The notes below the pieces were generated by a model, which saw only the letters and a list, made by a program, of their open reading frames with translations, had not been told where the DNA came from and did not search any database. DNA of 64,000 bases, taken from Escherichia coli (GTDB lineage: Bacteria; Pseudomonadota; Gammaproteobacteria; Enterobacterales; Enterobacteriaceae). The DNA is taken from the NCBI RefSeq assembly GCF_041886205.1, contig NZ_CP169029.1; one strand, given 5' to 3'. The translations under genes were made by a program, and so were the position numbers. This document shows positions 61,301 through 64,000 of this stretch, piece after piece (within the stretch, counting starts at the first letter, position 1; each line of letters opens with the position of its first letter).

Positions 61301-62847
61301 TGAACCTGCTCTGCCAGGTGACGCTGATCGACCCCTTCGCGCAATAGTTCGCGAGCGACATCCCACGCCTCGTTACGCGCCAGTGGGCCGTTGATTGCCA
61401 CCACCAGCTGATAAGCCTGCTCAAACTGGCTGTGCGCGGTTTGCGCCATGCTCATTTTCTGCTCAAGAGAGAGCATTTTTTCAGTCGCTTCCAGCTCTTT
61501 CGCCTGGAAGGTTTCCAGCCATTCGGCGGCGCTGTCGGCGGTTAAGTCCGGCAGATGGCACAGTTCTTTGGCGCGATTAAGCGCAGCAATCGCCTGGTTA
61601 TACTGGATCGCGCGCGTTTGCTGGACGTCCAGCGCCTGCTGGTAGTCAGCAAGCTGGCTTTTCAGCTCGTCCACTTCCAGTTCGGCAGCTTCCGCACGAA
61701 CCTCGTTCTCTTCCTGGCGTTCGATGGCTTCTGCCACCACTTCGTTTTGCTCTTCCAGACGGATCTGCAGCTCATCGAGATCCGCTTCGTAGCGTTCGAT
61801 CTTCTCCTGCTGACGCAGTGCGGTTTGCACCAGGTTCAGGTGATCGCTGGCCGCCTGATAATCCGCTTCCAGATCGCCTTCGGCACCGTTGTGCTCTGCC
61901 AGCTCACGCGCCATATCGACGTGTTTGTACTGCTCAGCCGCCAGTTGCTGACGCGAAGTATGTAGCTCGCGACGAAACTCCAGGGCTTTGTCGAGATGGA
62001 CACGGCGCTCGTTGGCGTGACGCATGTAGTCCGCCGCCACGTAGTTGGTAGCTTCGCTGATCAGATGCTTAAACAGGTCACGGTCCGACTGGGTGACACG
62101 AATCGCTTCCAGCGTCATGCGGTTTTCACGCAGCGCCGCTTCCATGTCCTGGAACGCTTTACGCACGCCGCTGTTTTCCGGCAACAGGTAGTCGCGCAGA
62201 GAACGGGTAATGGCACTGGAGATCCCGCCATACAGCGAAGCTTCGATCAGACGATAGAATTTGCTACGGTCAGATGCGGAGCGCAGACGACGCGCGATGA
62301 TGCCCAGATCGAACATCATCGAGTGGTAATCGGTAATGGAGTTGAACTGTTTAAACTGCACGCCTTCCATCGCCTCGAGCTTGTCTTTCAGCTCGTTAAG
62401 CGGCAGCACGCGCGCCTGGCGTTCGTTCAGGGTTTCGGTCACCAGCTGTGTCGGCTGCACCGACATCGGCAGTCCCTGAATGGCAAATGGTTTGATATCC
62501 ACTTTACGATCGCGTCCGGCAACCTGTTGCAGACGCACACCGACCACCACGCGCTGGTGGCGCGAGTTAATGGTGTCGAGCATCGAATAACAGACACCCG
62601 CTTTCAGCTTACCGTGCAGACCTTTATCGCGCGAACCGCTGGTGGCCCCGGCTTCCGTAGTGTTACGGAAATGCAGCAGGGTCAGGTCGGGGATCAGCGC
62701 CGTAACGAACGCCGCCATCGTGGTGGATTTACCCGCCCCGTTACCGCCGGAAAGCGTCGTGACCAGCTCGTCAAGGTCAAAAGTTCGGGCAAAAAAGCCG
62801 TTCCAGTTAATCAGCGTCAGTGAGCGAAATTTACCGCGTTCAATCAT
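58387..62847 (-). CDS. mukB: Chromosome partition protein MukB (SMC-like condensin), 1486 aa
   Basis: Track [50 protein letters not shown]... with long coiled-coil and C-terminal head. Confidence 0.97.
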   Translation of the reverse strand: MIERGKFRSLTLINWNGFFARTFDLDELVTTLSGGNGAGKSTTMAAFVTALIPDLTLLHFRNTTEAGATSGSRDKGLHGKLKAGVCYSMLDTINSRHQRVVVGVRLQQVAGRDRKVDIKPFAIQGLPMSVQPTQLVTETLNERQARVLPLNELKDKLEAMEGVQFKQFNSITDYHSMMFDLGIIARRLRSASDRSKFYRLIEASLYGGISSAITRSLRDYLLPENSGVRKAFQDMEAALRENRMTLEAIRVTQSDRDLFKHLISEATNYVAADYMRHANERRVHLDKALEFRRELHTSRQQLAAEQYKHVDMARELAEHNGAEGDLEADYQAASDHLNLVQTALRQQEKIERYEADLDELQIRLEEQNEVVAEAIERQEENEVRAEAAELEVDELKSQLADYQQALDVQQTRAIQYNQAIAALNRAKELCHLPDLTADSAAEWLETFQAKELEATEKMLSLEQKMSMAQTAHSQFEQAYQLVVAINGPLARNEAWDVARELLREGVDQRHLAEQVQPLRMRLSELEQRLREQQEAERLLADFCKRQGKNFDIDELEALHQELEARIASLSDSVSNAREERMALRQEQEQLQSRIQSLMQRAPVWLAAQNSLNQLSEQCGEEFTSSQDVTEYLQQLLEREREAIVERDEVGARKNAVDEEIERLSQPGGSEDQRLNALAERFGGVLLSEIYDDVSLEDAPYFSALYGPSRHAIVVPDLSQVTEHLEGLTDCPEDLYLIEGDPQSFDDSVFSVDELEKAVVVKIADRQWRYSRFPEVPLFGRAARESRIESLHAEREVLSERFATLSFDVQKTQRLHQAFSRFIGSHLAVAFESDPEAEIRQLNSRRVELERALSNHENDNQQQRIQFEQAKEGVTALNRILPRLNLLADDSLADRVDEIRERLDEAQEAARFVQQFGNQLAKLEPIVSVLQSDPEQFEQLKEDYAYSQQMQRDARQQAFALTEVVQRRAHFSYSDSAEMLSGNSDLNEKLRERLEQAEAERTRAREALRGHAAQLSQYNQVLASLKSSYDTKKELLNDLQRELQDIGVRADSGAEERARIRRDELHAQLSNNRSRRNQLEKALTFCEAEMDNLTRKLRKLERDYFEMREQVVTAKAGWCAVMRMVKDNGVERRLHRRELAYLSADDLRSMSDKALGALRLAVADNEHLRDVLRMSEDPKRPERKIQFFVAVYQHLRERIRQDIIRTDDPVEAIEQMEIELSRLTEELTSREQKLAISSRSVANIIRKTIQREQNRIRMLNQGLQNVSFGQVNSVRLNVNVRETHAMLLDVLSEQHEQHQDLFNSNRLTFSEALAKLYQRLNPQIDMGQRTPQTIGEELLDYRNYLEMEVEVNRGSDGWLRAESGALSTGEAIGTGMSILVMVVQSWEDESRRLRGKDISPCRLLFLDEAARLDARSIATLFELCERLQMQLIIAAPENISPEKGTTYKLVRKVFQNTEHVHVVGLRGFAPQLPETLPGSDEAPSQAS

Positions 62848-63551
62848 TATTCTTCCTCTCCGCTATCTGGCTGGCTCTCTTCGGTTTCATCGTTGAGTTG
62901 CAGATGATTTTCAATCGGCATTGCTTCGCCATCACGAATCAGGCGACGCTGTGCTTCACGGGGATCGTCGCCAGCACGCACATCGGCTCCGAAGCGGAAC
63001 ACCGATTCGGTAATGCGGAACTTGCTGCTGTCGTGGCCCATAAACCACACCATGCCTAAACGACGCAGACGGTTGAGCGAAGAACGTACTTTCTCCTGCA
63101 ACTTCTGACGGTCAACGTCTGAACCGGTTGAACGGTTGTTCACCAGTTTCAGCAGTTTTGCTTCATCGGCCAGGGTGAGCAGCTCGTCGTACAGTTCCTG
63201 CTGGGTGAAAATCCCCTCATTCGCCAGCCGTTCCGGGCTGAGATAGAGATAACAGAGGATTTTCCCGACCATCATATCCAGTTCCGACAAGACGGAACGA
63301 GGGATCAGCGTGGTGGAACGTGGGCGTAAATAGAAGAACCCTTCTGGTGCGCGAATAAGCTCAACGTTATAACGCGCGTAAAACTCTTCCAGATATTCCT
63401 GAAAATCCATCAGGAATGCATGATTATCCAGTTCGTCGAGGCCAATATGGCGGCCTGAACGTAAGGCGCTGTCCAGCGCCGGAAATAACGGATTCGCCAG
63501 CGCCTGCGCCAGCTTAACCGGCATCACTTGTTCAATATTTGTCGATGACAT
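62847..63551 (-). CDS. mukE: Chromosome partition protein MukE (234 aa)
   Basis: Track ORF 62847..63578; start taken at [23 protein letters not shown] (63551); stop overlaps the mukB start by 1 nt. Confidence 0.9.
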
Positions 63552-64000
63552 GCGCCTGTACCTTGGCTCCGTAATCATTAATCGGCTGCCATTTCGCTGG
63601 CAGTCCGGTGAAATCTGCTTGCGCTACGCCAAGACGTACCGCCTGATCAATAACAATGCGCGCAACGTCAAAGTGACGTGCACGCGGATACTGTGACAGA
63701 TATTCGCGTACCACCAGACCAAGATCCAGCGGCACTTGTCTGGTTTTGTACACGGCAAGTTGTTCTTCGATGATCGCCGCCAGCTGTTCGCGGATCTCGT
63801 TAAACTCTTCGTATTCTAAATCTGGCGGAAGTTCCCCAGTCACTTCTTCATCGCGCAGTGCCATCTCTTCGTCACGCATATCCAGCAGACGATCGGCATT
63901 GGCATAAGTTAGCGCCCACGGCTCATCAAAATAGGTTTGTACCGACTGACGTAACCGCTGAGCAAAGACGCGGTTTTTATCCATATCGATCGCGGTACGA
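63532..64000 (-). CDS. mukF: Chromosome partition protein MukF, C-terminal ~155 codons; 5' end beyond the window end
   Basis: Track ORF 63532..63984 ends ...[10 protein letters not shown], the MukF C-terminus; the frame stays open to the window edge. Overlaps the mukE start by 20 nt. Confidence 0.9.

Overview
This window is a contiguous stretch of Escherichia coli core chromosome, inverted relative to the K-12 map, running from appC (partial) through the hydrogenase-1 operon hyaABCDEF, tRNA-Ser serT, yccA, tusE, acyP, rlmI, hspQ, yccU, yccT, mgsA, helD, yccF-yccS, sxy, sulA, ompA, matP, ycbZ, fabA, rmf, pqiABC, uup, rlmL, ycbX, zapC, pyrD, the elf/ycb chaperone-usher fimbrial operon, ssuEADCB, a REP/BIME cluster, pepN, pncB, asnS, ompF, aspC, gloC, mepK, ldtD and mukB-mukE-mukF (partial). 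Gene calls rest on the supplied ORF translations, which I recognise as these well-known proteins, with start codons corrected where the track ORF begins at an upstream in-frame codon. I found no CRISPR array, IS element, prophage, integrase or large unexplained ORF, so I do not see evidence for a novel biological system here. The most notable observations are a frameshift in a 6-nt homopolymer that splits the fimbrial chaperone gene ycbF, non-K-12 surface-loop alleles of ompA and ompF (so this is E. coli but not K-12), and the low-GC cryptic elf fimbrial cluster. Several recognisable operator sites (LexA at sulA, FadR/FabR at fabA, PurR at pyrD, NadR at pncB, OmpR at ompF) and intrinsic terminators are listed. 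All identifications are from memory of E. coli sequences and from reading the sequence; no database search was run.
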